Assembly: GCA_964016885.1 (NCBI GenBank)
Contig: OZ024742.1
Coordinates: forward strand, 125,550,001 to 125,614,000
Direction: 5' to 3'
Source of the DNA: Eledone cirrhosa
Lineage: Eukaryota
DNA length: 64,000 bases
In this document: piece after piece, positions 13,390-28,557 of the stretch
Numbering within the stretch: position 1 is the stretch's first letter
How the letters are laid out: every line of letters begins with the position of its first letter
The notes under the pieces: generated by a model
Told to the model about the DNA's origin: nothing
Seen by the model: the letters and a program-made list of their open reading frames with translations, nothing else
Databases searched by the model: none
Position numbers and translations under genes: made by a program

Positions 13390-13700
13390 CCTAGTCCCCT
13401 AACCCCTGAAGCATTCGTAGGGCCACCGTAGTGGCATACGGCGTTTCTTGGGCATTGTAATTCTGGCGAAACCCATCTCTCTCTCTAGATCTGAATACAA
13501 CATATTTCTTCCAGAGAAGGATAGAACGTGAGAGAGAGAGAGAGAGAAAGAGTAAGTGAGAAAGAAATATAGAGGAAGAATCGACTTCAGTATTAGAAAG
13601 GTACTTTTTATAGACCCCGAAAGGATGAGCAGAGAGCCGAAATGAATACCGCAAAATATTCTATCCTACGTTCTAACGATTCTACTAATTAGCCGCTCTG
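13390..13700 (-). mobile_element. Old SINE with long (CT)-rich tail, same family as 46350-46915
   Basis: Decayed TCATCCTTTCGGGGTC.ATAAAAAGTAC domain plus a tail homologous to 46410-46590. Confidence 0.6.
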
Positions 13701-14585
13701 ATTAAACAGTACCCATGACTTTTCCGGGCAATTCCAAAATACAGGAATATATGCAAGTGAAGTCCTCGCCTCATCTGATCGATGTCCACGGGATGAAACA
13801 TGGTTGGGGTGGCAATAATGATTTCAAAGTATAGGCACAAGGCCAGTGGGGCTGGAAATAATGAATGGTCAAGTGAAATCAATTCAAATCACCCAAGATT
13901 TGGCGTTGGTGTTAAGCAAGATGACGTGTTAAACCAGAGGTTCGCAAGGGATGCCACACAACCCTCTAGGGAAATGTCAAAGGTCATGAAGTAGGCAGTA
14001 AAGAATGACAAATTATATGAGGGTAGTAACTGACATGAAGATGGCTATAACATCTAGAAGGCTATTAGGTGATGTTATGAAATCATTTTTGTCACTTCTG
14101 GTCAAAGTGATTTAATTAATAACTCCATTGAAAGCGGGGAATCACTATTTCTGTTGGTTGTCATCAAAACCGATGGAGGTCCATTAATTCATATACATAT
14201 TTAGCATTGATTACTAAAATACTTCATGAGAAATAAAGCCCATTCTTCACAACCATTCTCGGCATATTCTTTACATCCAGCCTGGGCTGTTTCTTCACAT
14301 CTGGCCTGGACCTATTTCCAGCCTTACAACGGATATCGGAGATATCGAAATATGTTCGTTGTATTGGTTGTATCCACCCAATGTGGGCATGCGTGTGCAT
14401 GAATAACAAAGTTTACATATGCACTGAAGAAAGCTCTTTGATTATCAATAAATGTTTCTCGTCACAAATATTTATACAGATCAGATGCAAATTCAATTAT
14501 CACTACAAGTTTAACCTGGGTGTACTCTTGGTTACGTTATTTGGCTCTGAAATACAACAATAACAGCAACAGAAGTATTTCAACA

Positions 14586-14685
14586 GTTGGAGGGGGTTTC
14601 TTCTAACAGGACCCGCTGGAAGGAGTGTATGAGGACTTTTCCCCCACGACCTCTCTCAGGAACAAGTCGGCGAAGAAGAAGAAGA
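14586..14685 (+). mobile_element. RTE-like LINE extreme 3' end with (GAA)n tail
   Basis: NRTRWKE...PPRP followed by GAAGAAGAAGAA. Confidence 0.5.
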
Positions 14686-15942
14686 ATATATTCGTTTATT
14701 TACAGTCAAAAGACTGCGACCATGCAGGATCATTGGTTTGAAGAAATATGCCTGATAAAATCACAAATGCAAATTAATTATTTATTCTTCCAGACAACTT
14801 TTTACATAGCATGTAATTTCAATAAGACATTATTTGTAAAAATTTAAATTGTTTTTAAATTTATATAGACTTTTTTTTTTTAATACAATTTTGTTTTAAT
14901 ATCGTTTATTAAGTTTTCTTTCTTAGTTTTAGCGCTTGATATTTTTATATTTCTTGCCATTATGAGCAAGTGGAAAAACAGAGAAAATTGTTCTAATACC
15001 ACTTTCCCCACCCATAGTCGAATTCACTTGTAATTTTACCAAGGTCGATAATAAACTAAATTTAATAAGCTGCATTATTCTGATACGAAAACTAAACAAG
15101 TGTTTAGGTAAAACAAATAAATATGTACAGAGATATTTAGTGTATCTTCATTGATTGATAAAAATCGTTCTTGCGAAATGAAATAAGACACTATAATGCT
15201 ACATAATAGTTTCTTCGACAAAAGATGAATTTTTTTCATTAGAGAAACTTTAATCAAATGGGTGGATTTTCAAGTAACCATTTTCCTAGTTCACTTCCGT
15301 TTTAGGTGAAACAGGTCTTCTATCAAAGTTATGTAATCCGAGGTTATGTCTTTTAGAATTCACATCTAATTTACGCGTTTTTATCCACACTTCTCTGTGT
15401 CACCTTTATAAAGCATTTACTAACATGGTTTCAGGCGGACTAAAATAGCCTCAAGAATGAAATCTGGTGGACGAGAACTCTGGATGCCTGTCTGAATTAC
15501 ATAAGGTATGCATAATAATGTCTTAATGAAGGGAGTTGTTACAACAGAATGTGTGGAAGAGAGTAAGTTACATATATTGATAGAGGGCAAAGAAAGTAAG
15601 TTACATATATTGAGAGAGGAGGAAGAGAATGTATATAGTGAGGGAAGAGAAAAGAGTTACTAGCTTATGGAAGTAAATGAAATCCACATGCCACAACCAT
15701 AAATGAAATTTAAAGATTAGTCTAACACGTGGTCCCGGCCTTCAGGGTGGAGAAAATATTGCCTCGGTGGACGGTGGTGAAGGAAACGTGCTAGAACAGT
15801 CGCTTCCCCTTGCGGTGCTCCGCTCCGACAGCAGTGTGTGAAAAGGATAGCATGCACGTGTGTATCTGTGTGGTGTTTGGTATGTGTGTGCCTGTATCTG
15901 GGGTAGGATACGTATAATGTATCTAGATTACAAAAACTACAT

Positions 15943-16310
15943 ATTCTTCTTCTTCTTCTTCTTCTTCTTCTTCTTTGTTGGTGCAGAGTCCTCCAGTACT
16001 CCCCAAGCGAGACCAGCCAAGCTCATGGATGTTATCCAAATATCTTGTTCGTGACAAATCTATTCCTGGGTCACCAGCCAGTTGTTTTTGCCCGTAAAAC
16101 CTGACCTGCGATTTGTTCCTGAATCATTCTAACCTCGTGCCCGTAATATCGGAACTGTGATCTCTCAATTCGGAGAAGTAGCCTCTCTACCGGGAGTGAC
16201 TCTATGATCTTCGAGATACTGACTCTATCGAGTAACGTTACTCCCAACACCCTTCGGAGGAACCGCATTTAAACCGCTTGTATTGACGCCTCTATTCTTT
16301 CGCTCATTAA
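15943..16310 (-). mobile_element. RTE-like LINE 3' fragment with (GAA)n tail
   Basis: MRFLRRVLGVTLLDRV...IERSQFRYYGHEVRM; (TTC)n at 15943-15975. Confidence 0.8.
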
Positions 16311-16783
16311 ACCTACATACTAGAGTTAAATTGTGTATCCAAATACACAAATTAACTTGGTGTTTCTATTTTAATGATATTAAACATTAATTGCCGGGTA
16401 TTTATTCAATATCAACTAATAAACAAAATAAAAACAAGTATTCGACACATACTTGATAAGAACGGGAGCTATATTTAATAGATAATAATTTATTTATAAA
16501 TAAAGGAAATTGCTACTAATGACAAAATACATAAATATTTAAAGTCACTCAGATTTGTTTCCTCTAACAAAATTATCTGTAAATACAAAGCTGAGAGGTA
16601 AATATCGAGTATTATTTGGCTTTAGAAATGTAGTGGCCATTATTTCTTCTTTTCTTTTAATTGTCGCACGAGTTTCAAAATACAAGATAGAATGATGTTT
16701 CCGAAATTTTAGTAATACACTCTATTCTGTTTATATAACTTATATTTATCATAAAACCAGATTATATGATGTCTATCTCTCAC

Positions 16784-17178
16784 CAAGATATCATATTCTG
16801 ATGGATAAAATTGCAATTTGTACAACGGACTCTCCAGACAATTTGTATTTTCTTTCAACCTTAAAAAAAATAAAAGTAAAAATAACGTTGGTTCTTAAAA
16901 TATTAAATTTGGTTTATATTTTAGTAAGCATACCAGTATTTAAGAAGTTAAGATTTCTTACGTACTCAATTGATATTCTTTGGACAATTTCATTCCCCTG
17001 GCAAAATATTCTCTCAGACAAATCGATTGAAACTGATTAAACAAACTCAGTGTAATCATAACTGGTAGATAAACATTTTTCACGCCATAATGAATTCTTA
17101 AATTCCAGTACATGGCGTATTTTTCAAAGTTTCCAGGAAAACTAAGCAAACTCCCCAAAGTAGTAACGTAGACTTCAT
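16784..17178 (-). CDS. Candidate spliced host gene 5' exons (17112-17178, 16966-17032, 16784-16859), possible secreted protein
   Basis: Phase-consistent GT-AG introns give the open frame MKSTLLLWGVCLVFLETLKNTPFSIDLSERIFCQGNEIVQRISIELKENTNCLESPLYKLQFYPSEYDIL; hydrophobic N-terminus; no homolog recognised. Confidence 0.35.
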
Positions 17179-17817
17179 TGAATATCAGACTTTATTGAAC
17201 CAAATGGCTGATACGTATTGTCTGTTCGGAAATTGCTAAATAACTTGAATTAAAATCTTCATTTCATTACACGCATGGTGCACCATACAAAGTCAGTTAC
17301 TGGATTGTTTTCCCGATTGCGACGAGACGGTAATGTCATTGTTGGCAAACTGCAAATTCCTCATAGGCTTGTATGACATAAACCAAGAAAATTCAGTAGT
17401 GCAATAAATCTAGATGTCGTGTTTTAAGTTCTCCTAAAATGTTACAAGTTATTCACTAAATCACACTGTATTTATTATAATCTTAGATGAGACTAAACGA
17501 AATATTATTTCAAAAATATATTTCAATGATTTCTGCAATAGACACAAAACCATAAACATTGAGAAGGGATATAGCCCATTATAGCTAATTCTAACATCGA
17601 CATTTGACCACATGTTTGGAACGAGTGATCAACAGATTTTATTAATTTCAGTTATCATTAACGCAAGGTATGGAATGTCGGGACAAATCCCACCCCCAGA
17701 TAATCTATCAGTTCCTCTGACAAGACACCAAATTGATACTAATATCAACGACCCAGGAAGTGTAAGAAAAGATTGATGCTGATGTGACTCAATCTCATAA
17801 ATTAAGAAGAAATAATT

Positions 17818-17992
17818 GTTTCTCCTTTTGGCACAGGACCAGCTATTACCCCAGTGCGTGACTGGTACTTCATTTTATCGACCCCGTAAGGATGAAAGAC
17901 AAAGTTAACATTGGCGGGATTGAACTCAGACCATAAAGGGGCGTCATTCTATACTGCAACGCATGGCGTCTGCCCCTCTACCGACACTGCCC
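17818..17992 (-). mobile_element. SINE family 1 with target-site duplication
   Basis: Family motif; TSD AATTAA(G/A)AAGAAATAAT. Confidence 0.85.
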
Positions 17993-18199
17993 AAATTAAA
18001 AAGAAATAATGGAATACCACAAGGTAGTGTCTCAATCGTTCTACTGATTCTTTTAATCGAACACTCTTCTGGCAATTGACAGAAATAAGATAATAATATT
18101 AACAAATTTCAAATACAGAAACATGAATATATGGGAATTCTATAAAAGTTACTTTTTCTAGGGTTAGCGATTTCGAAACATATGAATACACACACACAC

Positions 18200-18334
18200 T
18201 TAAGGGTGAACGCAGAAATTCTTTGCTTAATCTTTAATCTATTGTAATAATAAATATTTGCTCTATGGGTTTATATATATATATATATAATCCTTATCGA
18301 GCCCACTTCGGATTTTAGTCTTCACATTTATTAT

Positions 18335-18340
<6 letters not shown>
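18200..18340 (+). mobile_element. Short pLTR-like terminal fragment, homologous to 63265-63410
   Basis: Shared ATAAATATTTGCTCTA..CCTTATCGAGCCC..GGATTTTAGTCTTCA..; ends in (TA)n. Confidence 0.6.
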
Positions 18341-18416
<76 letters not shown>

Positions 18417-18585
18417 GATTATTAGGAAGAAAAATATATTTGTTTCCCTTTTATTATTTTCTCTTTTCCCTGCGTTAGAAAATGTTTAAAACAAAATATT
18501 TTACTTTGTGTGAAGTGTTAAAGTATTAGTTAATTTATTTATTAACTGACAATACCATTTATTTATTTATATATTTAATAATTGT

Positions 18586-18622
18586 CTATTACCGGTTTCA
18601 GCATTTTATGCATTATCAAAGG
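18586..18622 (-). ncRNA. Decayed minimal HHR (U3:A8 core) at the PLE-1 terminus
   Basis: Minus strand TTGATAA-t-gcat-aaa-atgc-t-GAAA-ccg-GTA; stem I poorly paired. Confidence 0.45.
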
Positions 18623-19619
18623 GGGGAAATGTATTGGTGTAAAATGTTTGTGATGTTGAACATGTTAAGTAAATGGGGAAGAAAGAATAACGTTATTTAC
18701 AAACAAGGTTTTTTTAAGTGAAAAGGAAAAAGAAAAACAGGCGGTAATGTGGAACATGTAAGGTAATGGAAAAGAAAAAATAATATTATTTACAGGCATA
18801 GTTCTTGAGGATAAGCAGTTCAAAATATAATCTATATGAAAGTGAGGCTGAAAAAGGAAGAAGGAAAGGAAAAATAAACACACATGCACACGCACACACA
18901 CACACACACACAATTATATACATACACATATATATATATACATACACACATACATACACACACACATATAAACACACACACACATATATATGTGTATATA
19001 TACATACACATACATATACACATACATACATACACACATAATTATCAACATATCCATACATACACATACATACAAATACACAAACATGCTACACACACAC
19101 ACACATATACATGCATATATATTTGTATATACAAACATATATATACATACATACACACACATACATATATATATACACATATATACATATATATACTTAC
19201 ATATACATACACATATATATATACATACATACATACACACTAATACATATATACACACGTACATACATACACATACATACACACATATATACACGCATAC
19301 ATACGCATGCACAAATATAGAAATATGTACACACACCTACATACTGACACACACAAATAATTATAAGAACAAATATAATAATAAAAATACAGTCACATAA
19401 GAATAAAAATGAATATAAAAATTATTATAGTGTTGACAGCGATACAGGCACAAATAAATGAACAAACACACGTGGTAAGGAATTCACACAATTGCACGTA
19501 CACATACATATGTAAAAATAAATACATACACACACTCTCACACAACCACATACATATACAATTACATAAACACATACATACGTATACACATATATATACA
19601 CACACACATATACATATAT

Positions 19620-19666
<47 letters not shown>

Positions 19667-19892
19667 CATATCCATACATACATACACATACACATACATA
19701 CATATCACAAACACATACATACAAATACAAACACACACATATGTATGTGTGTAAAACTCATTCTTAGATGTATTCATATGCTCCTTGTTTAACTCTAAAA
19801 TATATATAACTACATACACATACACATACACATACATATATATATATATATATACCTACACACACATATACACATCATACATATACATACAT

Positions 19893-19949
<57 letters not shown>

Positions 19950-20416
19950 AAAAAACATAAATATTATATATATAAAAAAACATATATATTGTATATATAA
20001 AAATAAAAAGTGGGGGAATACGACAAATAATAAATAAATAATTAGAAAAGGGTATAAATGTCTATAGCTGATTAAGAGCACTCAACAAGTTCCTGGAGCA
20101 AATGATCAATGAAAATAAGCATTAAATCACTGTATGTAATTATGCATATACACACACATATACATATATATACATACACACACACTCACAAACACAACCA
20201 CAGAAATACACACATACATAGATATACGTATATATATATACACACACATAGGAAAAAGTCTGACCCCATGGCAGAGCTCAAGCCGTTTCTGAGGCTATTA
20301 TATATATACACACAAAATGATTATATAAAAATATATATACACGGACAAATATACACACGCCCACACACACACATATTAAATCTATATATACACGCATACA
20401 TACACATATATATACA

Positions 20417-20466
<50 letters not shown>

Positions 20467-20561
20467 CACCCGCACAAATACAACAGAAGCATATAAAATA
20501 CAATTATATATACATATACATATACATACAGATAAATATAAACATACATACACACACATAT

Positions 20562-20646
<85 letters not shown>

Positions 20647-20834
20647 GCAACACACACGCATACACAAAAAAATAAATATCTAAAAATAAAAAGGTTGGGT
20701 ATGTGAAGGGTTAAGGAAAATAAATGACATAGTAAAAGGTTTAAATATAAGGGGAGATAAAGGAGAAAGAGAATACGAGAGTACAGAAAGTGAATTCAGA
20801 AGGTTAAATAACGTAGAGAGCAGAGAAGGAAGTC

Positions 20835-21340
20835 ATGGTAGTTGAGTTATCGTAGGAATGACAATCCAGTTACAGATCAGATGTGATTTCAGGTGAGGAC
20901 AAGATCTGAATATCTCGGTCTTTGAGTTCAGACAAACAGAAGTGGCTTTCAAGTTTTGTAAAATCCTATATTTTTCAGTGGTACACAAAGAACAATTCTT
21001 TGTGCCCCTTTGGTACTTTCTCGAATGGTCTAAAATAGATCAATCGATAGAGTACGGGATGTTTTTTATCCTTGAATTCCCACACTTTACTTGCGAGGGC
21101 CGTTGCTGTTCTTTTATCGGAGTGCTTAAAAGAAGCGACATGTGTATAAAACCTGGTTTTAAACCTGTCCTGGGTCATGCCAACATATCGCTCACTCCTG
21201 GCTGGCTGGTTGTTGATTAAACGTGTCATTTTGGCCTCATATACAACGGATTTTGTGTTACATTTGCCCTGTAATGGGCATTCATCCAGCTTCCTGCAAC
21301 TGCATCCTGGATTTGTCCTCGTACGATTTGAATTAGTGAT
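20835..21340 (-). pseudogene. PLE-1 inverted GIY-YIG fragment
   Basis: ORF 20975..21349: CSCR..ECPLQGKC..KSVVY..RYVGMT..FKTRFY.H..SF. Confidence 0.85.
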
Positions 21341-22144
21341 ATAAGACATTTTTAATAAAGCCGCCCGTTATTATAATAAAGCCCTTAATAACAGCGGATT
21401 TACAGAACAAATTAATTATTTACCTACCCCCCCCCCCCTAAAACTAACCACAATAATAGGAAAAGGAAAATTATTTGGTTTACACCCCCCTTCTCTCTAA
21501 CTGTCAAAACTAATGTGGGAAGGAAATTCCTTGACCTCTTAGATAAACATTTACCTCCTAATCATAGATATTATAAGATATTTAATAGAAATGTAGTTAT
21601 GATCAGTTACTGTTGTTGCCCATCAATGAAGTCTAAGATCACTAATTCAAATCGTACGAGAACAAATCCAGGATGCAGTTGCAGGAAGCTGGATGAATGC
21701 CCATTACAGGGCAAATGTAACACAAAATCCGTTGTATATGAGGCCAAAATGACACGTTTAATCAACAACCAGCCAGCCAGGAGTGAGCGATAGGTTGGCA
21801 TGATCCAGGACAGGTTTAAAACCAGGTTTTATGCACATGTCGCTTCTTTTAAGCACTCCGATAAAAGAACAGCAACGGCCCTCGCAAGTAAAGTGTGGGA
21901 ATTCAGGGATAAAAACATCCCGTACTCTCTCGGTTGGTCTATTTTAGACCATTCGAGGGAGTACCAAAGGGGCACAAAGAATTGTTCTTTGTGTACCACT
22001 GAAAGATATAGGATTTTACAAAACTTGAAAGCCACTTCTGCTTGCCTGAACTCAAAGACCGAGATCTTCAGATCTTGTTCTCACCTGAAATCACATCTGA
22101 TCTGTAACTGGATTGACATTCCTTCGATAACTCAACCACCTTGA
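21340..22144 (+). pseudogene. PLE-1 thumb/linker plus GIY-YIG endonuclease (disrupted)
   Basis: IIWFTPPFS, FLDLLDKH, KIFNRN, CSCR..CPL..C, VVY, premature stop at 21791-21793, CSLC..E, SCSH. Confidence 0.88.
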
Positions 22145-22388
22145 ACTCCTTCTCTGCTCTCTACGTTTTTTTTACCTTCTGAATTCACTTTCTGTACTCT
22201 CGTATTCTCTTTCTCCCTTATCTCCCTTTATATTTAAACCTTTTCCTATGTCATTTATTTTCCTTAATTTCCCCCTACTTTCTGCCTTACCCTTCACATA
22301 CCCTACCTTTTTTATTTTTAGATATTTATTTTTGTGTGTATGCGTTTGTGTTACGTATATCTGTGTATATATGTATATATATATATAG

Positions 22389-22421
<33 letters not shown>

Positions 22422-22423
22422 TG

Positions 22424-22506
<83 letters not shown>

Positions 22507-22546
22507 GATATTAAATAAATGGAAACTATATTTATAAAACCATATT

Positions 22547-22612
22547 TATTTCATTATATATATTTCAGGGATATCATATTAACAATATGTTATGCCTTCT
22601 TCAGACAAAATA
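22547..22612 (-). ncRNA. Type I HHR, PLE-2 left arm
   Basis: Reverse complement of 26744-26809. Confidence 0.75.
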
Positions 22613-23454
22613 CAATATAGACAGTTTTATAGATAAATAGATTTGACATACCGTTCAACATCGACTTGTATTTGAAAAAGTTCATTTGGCAGTGAAAAAT
22701 TGTAAACAGAAAGAAAGAAAGAAGGAAAAAAAAAAGAAAAAACGAAGAAAAAGAAGAAATGCATGCAACAAAATAGAGAGATGGAAAAATAGATAAAGAG
22801 AAGAATTTCATGTAAAGAAACAGAGAGAGATATATAGAGAGAGGAAATAGATAGAGATAGATATATATAGAGAAAAGTAGGTAGTTGAACATCCGTTGAA
22901 TGACGTATCAATGATACATTTATTTATTTATTTATTTATTTAGCTCTAGTATTAATGTAAGGGAGATATATGTGGTTAGGAAAGAAACCAGCCGTTATAT
23001 AGAGAGAAAAAATGAAAAGTAACCAGACATAGGCGAGGCAAAATTTAAAAACCCTATGTATCAATGTAGAAATATTAGTTCGTATAAAAACCAGGCACTA
23101 TAATGTAAATATCAGTATTCATGAATGAGACACGTATCTAAATGTGTGAAAAGTAATGATCTTATGTCTAGTTTTAAAAATTCATATGTTTATATGATAA
23201 CTACAAACATCGATGTGAATTTACGTGATCAAGTCTGCAAACTCCTATTTCACACGGAGAACATTCTCATTGTGCTATAAAAATTTAAGTATACATATAT
23301 GTGTATATATACACACATATATATATAGAGTCTATATTAATTTTAATTTTAACAATACTATTCTTGTCTTTACTCTACATGATTATCTATCAAGCAGAAA
23401 TAGAGAACAGATTTCAATATATTAATAAAAGGATATCAGAAACAAAAACAAAAA

Positions 23455-23514
<60 letters not shown>

Positions 23515-24389
23515 AATAAATAAAATAGAAAACTAAAAAATATTACATATTAAAAATAAAAATATTAAAAACATTAAAAATATTAAAAATAAAAACATAG
23601 TATGCCACGCAAATCGACCACAAAGATCAACCCTTCAAAATTAATTGACAATATATTGCCAAGTTCATTATAAGCATCAGAGTCGAAAACAGATAAAGCT
23701 AAAAATTATTTACCAAATCGCGTCAAGCAGAAATCATTTCAAAAGTTTAGGATGCCCATTTGGTCTACATATGTTCTTATATTTAATTTAGAAGTTTATC
23801 TAGTGTAACGTTTATTCGATATATTTGGAGCATCAACTTTTAGGGTAGTTTAATTTTTCATGAAGAATGTTTAAAATTAAAATAAAAAGAAGAATAAAAA
23901 GAAGAAATCGAAAGATTTATCGGCTAGTTTCCCAAATAATTACAAATCAAACTAAATATACTACATTTTAAATTTAAATTTATATTTAAAAGTTGAGTTC
24001 AATCTATGTTTGCAGCAACTGAATAAATTTGTCCGTAGATTAAGGGAATTTTTAGATTTTAGTATAAAGAATATCTCCTCCGCGCAGAGGTCACATGTCT
24101 CAGAGGATGAATTAAAAGGAATCCCTCTTGAGACTATATTCCAAGCCGTCGAATATCTAACGTTATCTTGCCTAAGTTGCCAGAGTACGCCTGATAGTGC
24201 TGTTGAAGATTTTTTGCTTGGATCTGTGAAAGAATTCTTGTGGTTATTATAGCGAAGTTTAAATTCCGTCGATGTGGAACCGACGTAGTTAAAAGAATTA
24301 GAGTCCGTTTTAACATTACAGTTGTATATTATATTTTTAACTAAGCAGTTGTTATTTAACGGACATTTAGATCAATCTCTACAGTTACA

Positions 24390-25409
24390 TTCTCAACACA
24401 TGTCTTCACTATCCATTTCACAAGTTGAATGAAAACTTAACCTATGTCAGCTTTAACTCTAACCACCCCAGATCTGTCAAAAACACTATAGTACACTCTG
24501 TTCAAAAACGTATCTCTAGAATCTCGTCTAATAGAAAGATTTTCGACGAAAAAGCCCAGTACTACAATGAAGCGTTAGCTAGAGCAGGATATAGTGATAA
24601 GATTATGTACATAGATAATGATAGACAAACTAAACAAAATAACAACTATTTTAATTACGGCCACAACCTTAACAACTATAATAGAAAGCATTACAATAAT
24701 TCCAAACGCCAAAAAAGAAATAGAACTAGGAACATAATATGGTTTGCCCCCCCCCCCCCCCCCCTTTCTCACTAAACATTAAAACCCACATCGCTAAACT
24801 ATTTTTTAAAGCTCTTGATAATCGCTTCCCTAGAACACAAAGGTATCACTCAATTTTCAATAGACATACTATAAAATTATCCTACTCATCCACCAAAAAT
24901 TTAGCACAAAATATTAATAGAATAAATAATAGGAACTTAAAACCTAGCGATAATAGTATAAATAATATACAAGTTAACAAATGTAACTGTAGAGATAGAT
25001 CTAAATGTCCGTTAAATAACAACTGCTTAGTTAAAAATATAATATACAACTGTAATGTTAAAACGGACTCTAATTCTTTTAACTACGTCGGTTCCACATC
25101 GACGGAATTTAAACTTCGCTATAATAACCACAAGAATTCTTTCACAGATCCAAGCAAAAAATCTTCAACAGCACTATCAGGCGTACTCTGGCAACTTAGG
25201 CAAGATAACGTTAGATATTCGACGGCTTGGAATATAGTCTCAAGAGGGATTCCTTTAATTCATCCTCTGAGACATGTGACCTCTGCGCGGAGGAGATATT
25301 CTATATACTAAAATCTAAAAATTCCCTTAATCTACGGACAAATTTATTCAGTTGCTGCAAACATAGATTGAATTCAACTTTTAAATATAAATTTAAATTT
25401 AAAATGTAG
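24390..25409 (+). pseudogene. PLE-2 RT C-terminus/thumb plus GIY-YIG (frameshifted)
   Basis: SNHP, RISRISS, IIWFAPP, CNCR...CPL..NCL, IIY..YVGST..FKLRYNNH, CDLC.EE, CKHR. Confidence 0.88.
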
Positions 25410-25859
25410 TATATTTAGTTTGATTTGTAATTATTTGGGAAACTAGCCGATAAATCTTTCGATTTCTTCTTTTTATTCTTCTTTTTATTTTAATTTTAAA
25501 CATTCTTCATGAAAAATTAAACTACCCTAAAAGTTGATGCTCCAAATATATCGAATAAACGTTACACTAGATAAACTTCTAAATTAAATATAAGAACATA
25601 TGTAGACCAAATGGGCATCCTAAACTTTTGAAATGATTTCTGCTTGACGCGATTTGGTAAATAATTTTTAGCTTTATCTGTTTTCGACTCTGATGCTTAT
25701 AATGAACTTGGCAATATATTGTCAATTAATTTTGAAGGGTTGATCTTTGTGGTCGATTTGCGTGGCATACTATGTTTTTATTTTTAATATTTTTAATGTT
25801 TTTAATATTTTTATTTTTAATATGTAATATTTTTTAGTTTTCTATTTTATTTATTTATT

Positions 25860-25895
<36 letters not shown>

Positions 25896-26743
25896 TTTTT
25901 GTTTTTGTTTCTGATATTTTTTTATTAATATATTGAAATCTGTTCTCTATTTCTGCTTGATAGATAATCATGTAGAGTAAAGACAAGAATAGTATTGTTA
26001 AAATTAAAATTAATATAGACTCTATATATATATGTGTGTATATATACACATATATGTATACTTAAATTTTTATAGCACAATGAGAATGTTCTCCGTGTGA
26101 AATAGGAGTTTGCAGAGTTGATCACGTAAATTCACATCGATGTTTGTAGTTATCATATAAACATATGAATTTTTAAAACTAGACATAAGATCATTACTTT
26201 TCACACATTTAGATACGTGTCTCATTCATGAATACTGATATTTACATTATAGTGCCTGGTTTTTATACGAACTAATATTTCTACATTGATACATAGGGTT
26301 TTTAAATTTTGCCTCGCCTATGTCTGGTTACTTTTCATTTTTTCTCTCTATATAACGGCTGGTTTCTTTCCTAACCACATATATCTCCCTTACATTAATA
26401 CTAGAGCTAAATAAATAAATAAATAAATAAATAAATGTATCATTGATACGTCATTCAACGGATGTTCAACTACCTACTTTTCTCTATATATATCTATCTC
26501 TATCTATTTCCTCTCTCTATATATCTCTCTCTGTTTCTTTACATGAAATTCTTCTCTTTATCTATTTTTCCATCTCTCTATTTTGTTGCATGCATTTCTT
26601 CTTTTTCTTCGTTTTTTCTTTTTTTTCCTTCTTTCTTTCTTTCTTTCTGTTTACAATTTTTCACTGCCAAATGAACTTTTTCAAATACAAGTCGATGTTG
26701 AACGGTATGTCAAATCTATTTATCTATAAAACTGTCTATATTG

Positions 26744-26809
26744 TATTTTGTCTGAAGAAGGCATAACATATTGTTAATATGATATCCCTGAAATATATAT
26801 AATGAAATA
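26744..26809 (+). ncRNA. Type I HHR, PLE-2 pLTR
   Basis: TATTTTGT-CTGAAGA-agg..cct-GAAA-tatata-TA-ATGAAATA; 8-bp stem I with G:U pairs, palindromic stem III, AUA site. Confidence 0.78.
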
Positions 26810-27039
26810 AATATGGTTTTATAAATATAGTTTCCATTTATTTAATATCGTAAATATACTCCAAATACTTGTTGAGTGCTTTTATATCAGTTATAACAAT
26901 TTAAATATAACTTTCCATATATATATATATATGTGTATGTATATGTGTGTATATGTATGTTTATATTTATCTGTATGTATATGTATATGTATATATAATT
27001 GTATTTTATATGCTTCTGTTGTATTTGTGCGTGTGTGTG

Positions 27040-27072
<33 letters not shown>

Positions 27073-27329
27073 GTATATATATGTGTGTAGCTATGCGTGT
27101 ATATATAGATTTAATATGTGTGTGTGTGGGCGTGTGTATATTTGTGCGTGTATATGTATTTTTATATAATGGTTTTGTGTCTATATATATAATAGCCTCA
27201 GAAACGGCTTGAGCTGTGCCTTGGGGTCAGACTTTTTCCTATGTGTGTGTATATATATACGTATATGTATGTATGTGTATGTATGTGTGCGTGTATTTTT
27301 GTGGTTATGTTTGTGTGTGTGTATGTATA

Positions 27330-27377
<48 letters not shown>

Positions 27378-27518
27378 GAAGAGATATTATCTCGAAAATT
27401 AAGGACATTTAAATAAATTCAAGGTGAAAGACGAATTCACATCAATATCTTTCACTATTGCATTCTTCTTTCTATGTCCATACCTGCATTGTCTTGGCCT
27501 TATTACACATATTCAAAC

Positions 27519-27608
<90 letters not shown>

Positions 27609-27823
27609 GTATGTGTGTGTGTATATGCATAATTACATACAGTGGTTTAATGCTTATTTTCATTGATCATTTGCTCCAGGAACTTGTTGAGTGCTCTAAA
27701 TCAGCTATAAACATTTATACCCTTTTCTAATTATTTGTTTATTATTTGTCGTATTCTCAACTTTTTATTTTTATAGATAGAATATTTATGTTTTTTTATA
27801 TAAATAATATTTATGTTTTTTCT

Positions 27824-27858
<35 letters not shown>

Positions 27859-28042
27859 ATGTATGCATATGTATGTGTATGTGTATATGTGTGTGTAGGT
27901 ATGTGTATGTATATGTATATATATTTTAGAGTTAAACAAGGTTCATATGAATACATCTAAGAATGAGTTTTACACACATACATGTGTGTGTTTGTATTTG
28001 TATGTATGTGTTTGTGATATGTATGTATGGATATGAATGTAT

Positions 28043-28110
<68 letters not shown>

Positions 28111-28525
28111 ATATGTGTGTGGGTGTGTATATATATGTGTATGCGTATGTTATTGTATATGTAATTGTATATGTATGTGGTTGTATGAGAGTGTATGTAT
28201 GTATTTATTTTTACGTATGTATGTGTACGTGCAATTGTGTGTATTCCTTACCACGTGTGTTTGTTCATTTATCTGTTGCCTGTATCGCTGTCAACATTAT
28301 AATAATTTTTATATTCATTTTTATTCTTATGTGACGGTATTTTTATTATTATATTTTTTCTTATAATTATTTGTGTGTGAGTATGTAGGAGTGTGTAGAT
28401 ATTTCTATATTTGTGCATGCGTATGTATGCGTGTATATATGTGTGTATGTATGTGTATGTATGTACGTGTGTATATATGTATGATTGTGTGTATGTATGT
28501 ATGTACGTGTATATATATGTGTATG

Positions 28526-28557
<32 letters not shown>

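Larger units (their letters stand above)
22505..26915 (+). mobile_element. PLE-2 (Naiad-like) with 1.9-kb inverted 5' copy, nested in a (TA)n of PLE-1
   Basis: 22505-24389 is a near-identical reverse complement of 24979-26851. Confidence 0.9.

Noticed and set aside
21340-25409. Selenocysteine (in-frame UGA) recoding as reported for some Naiad PLEs
   Set aside because: The visible conserved Cys positions are normal Cys codons; disruptions seen are TAG stops or frameshifts
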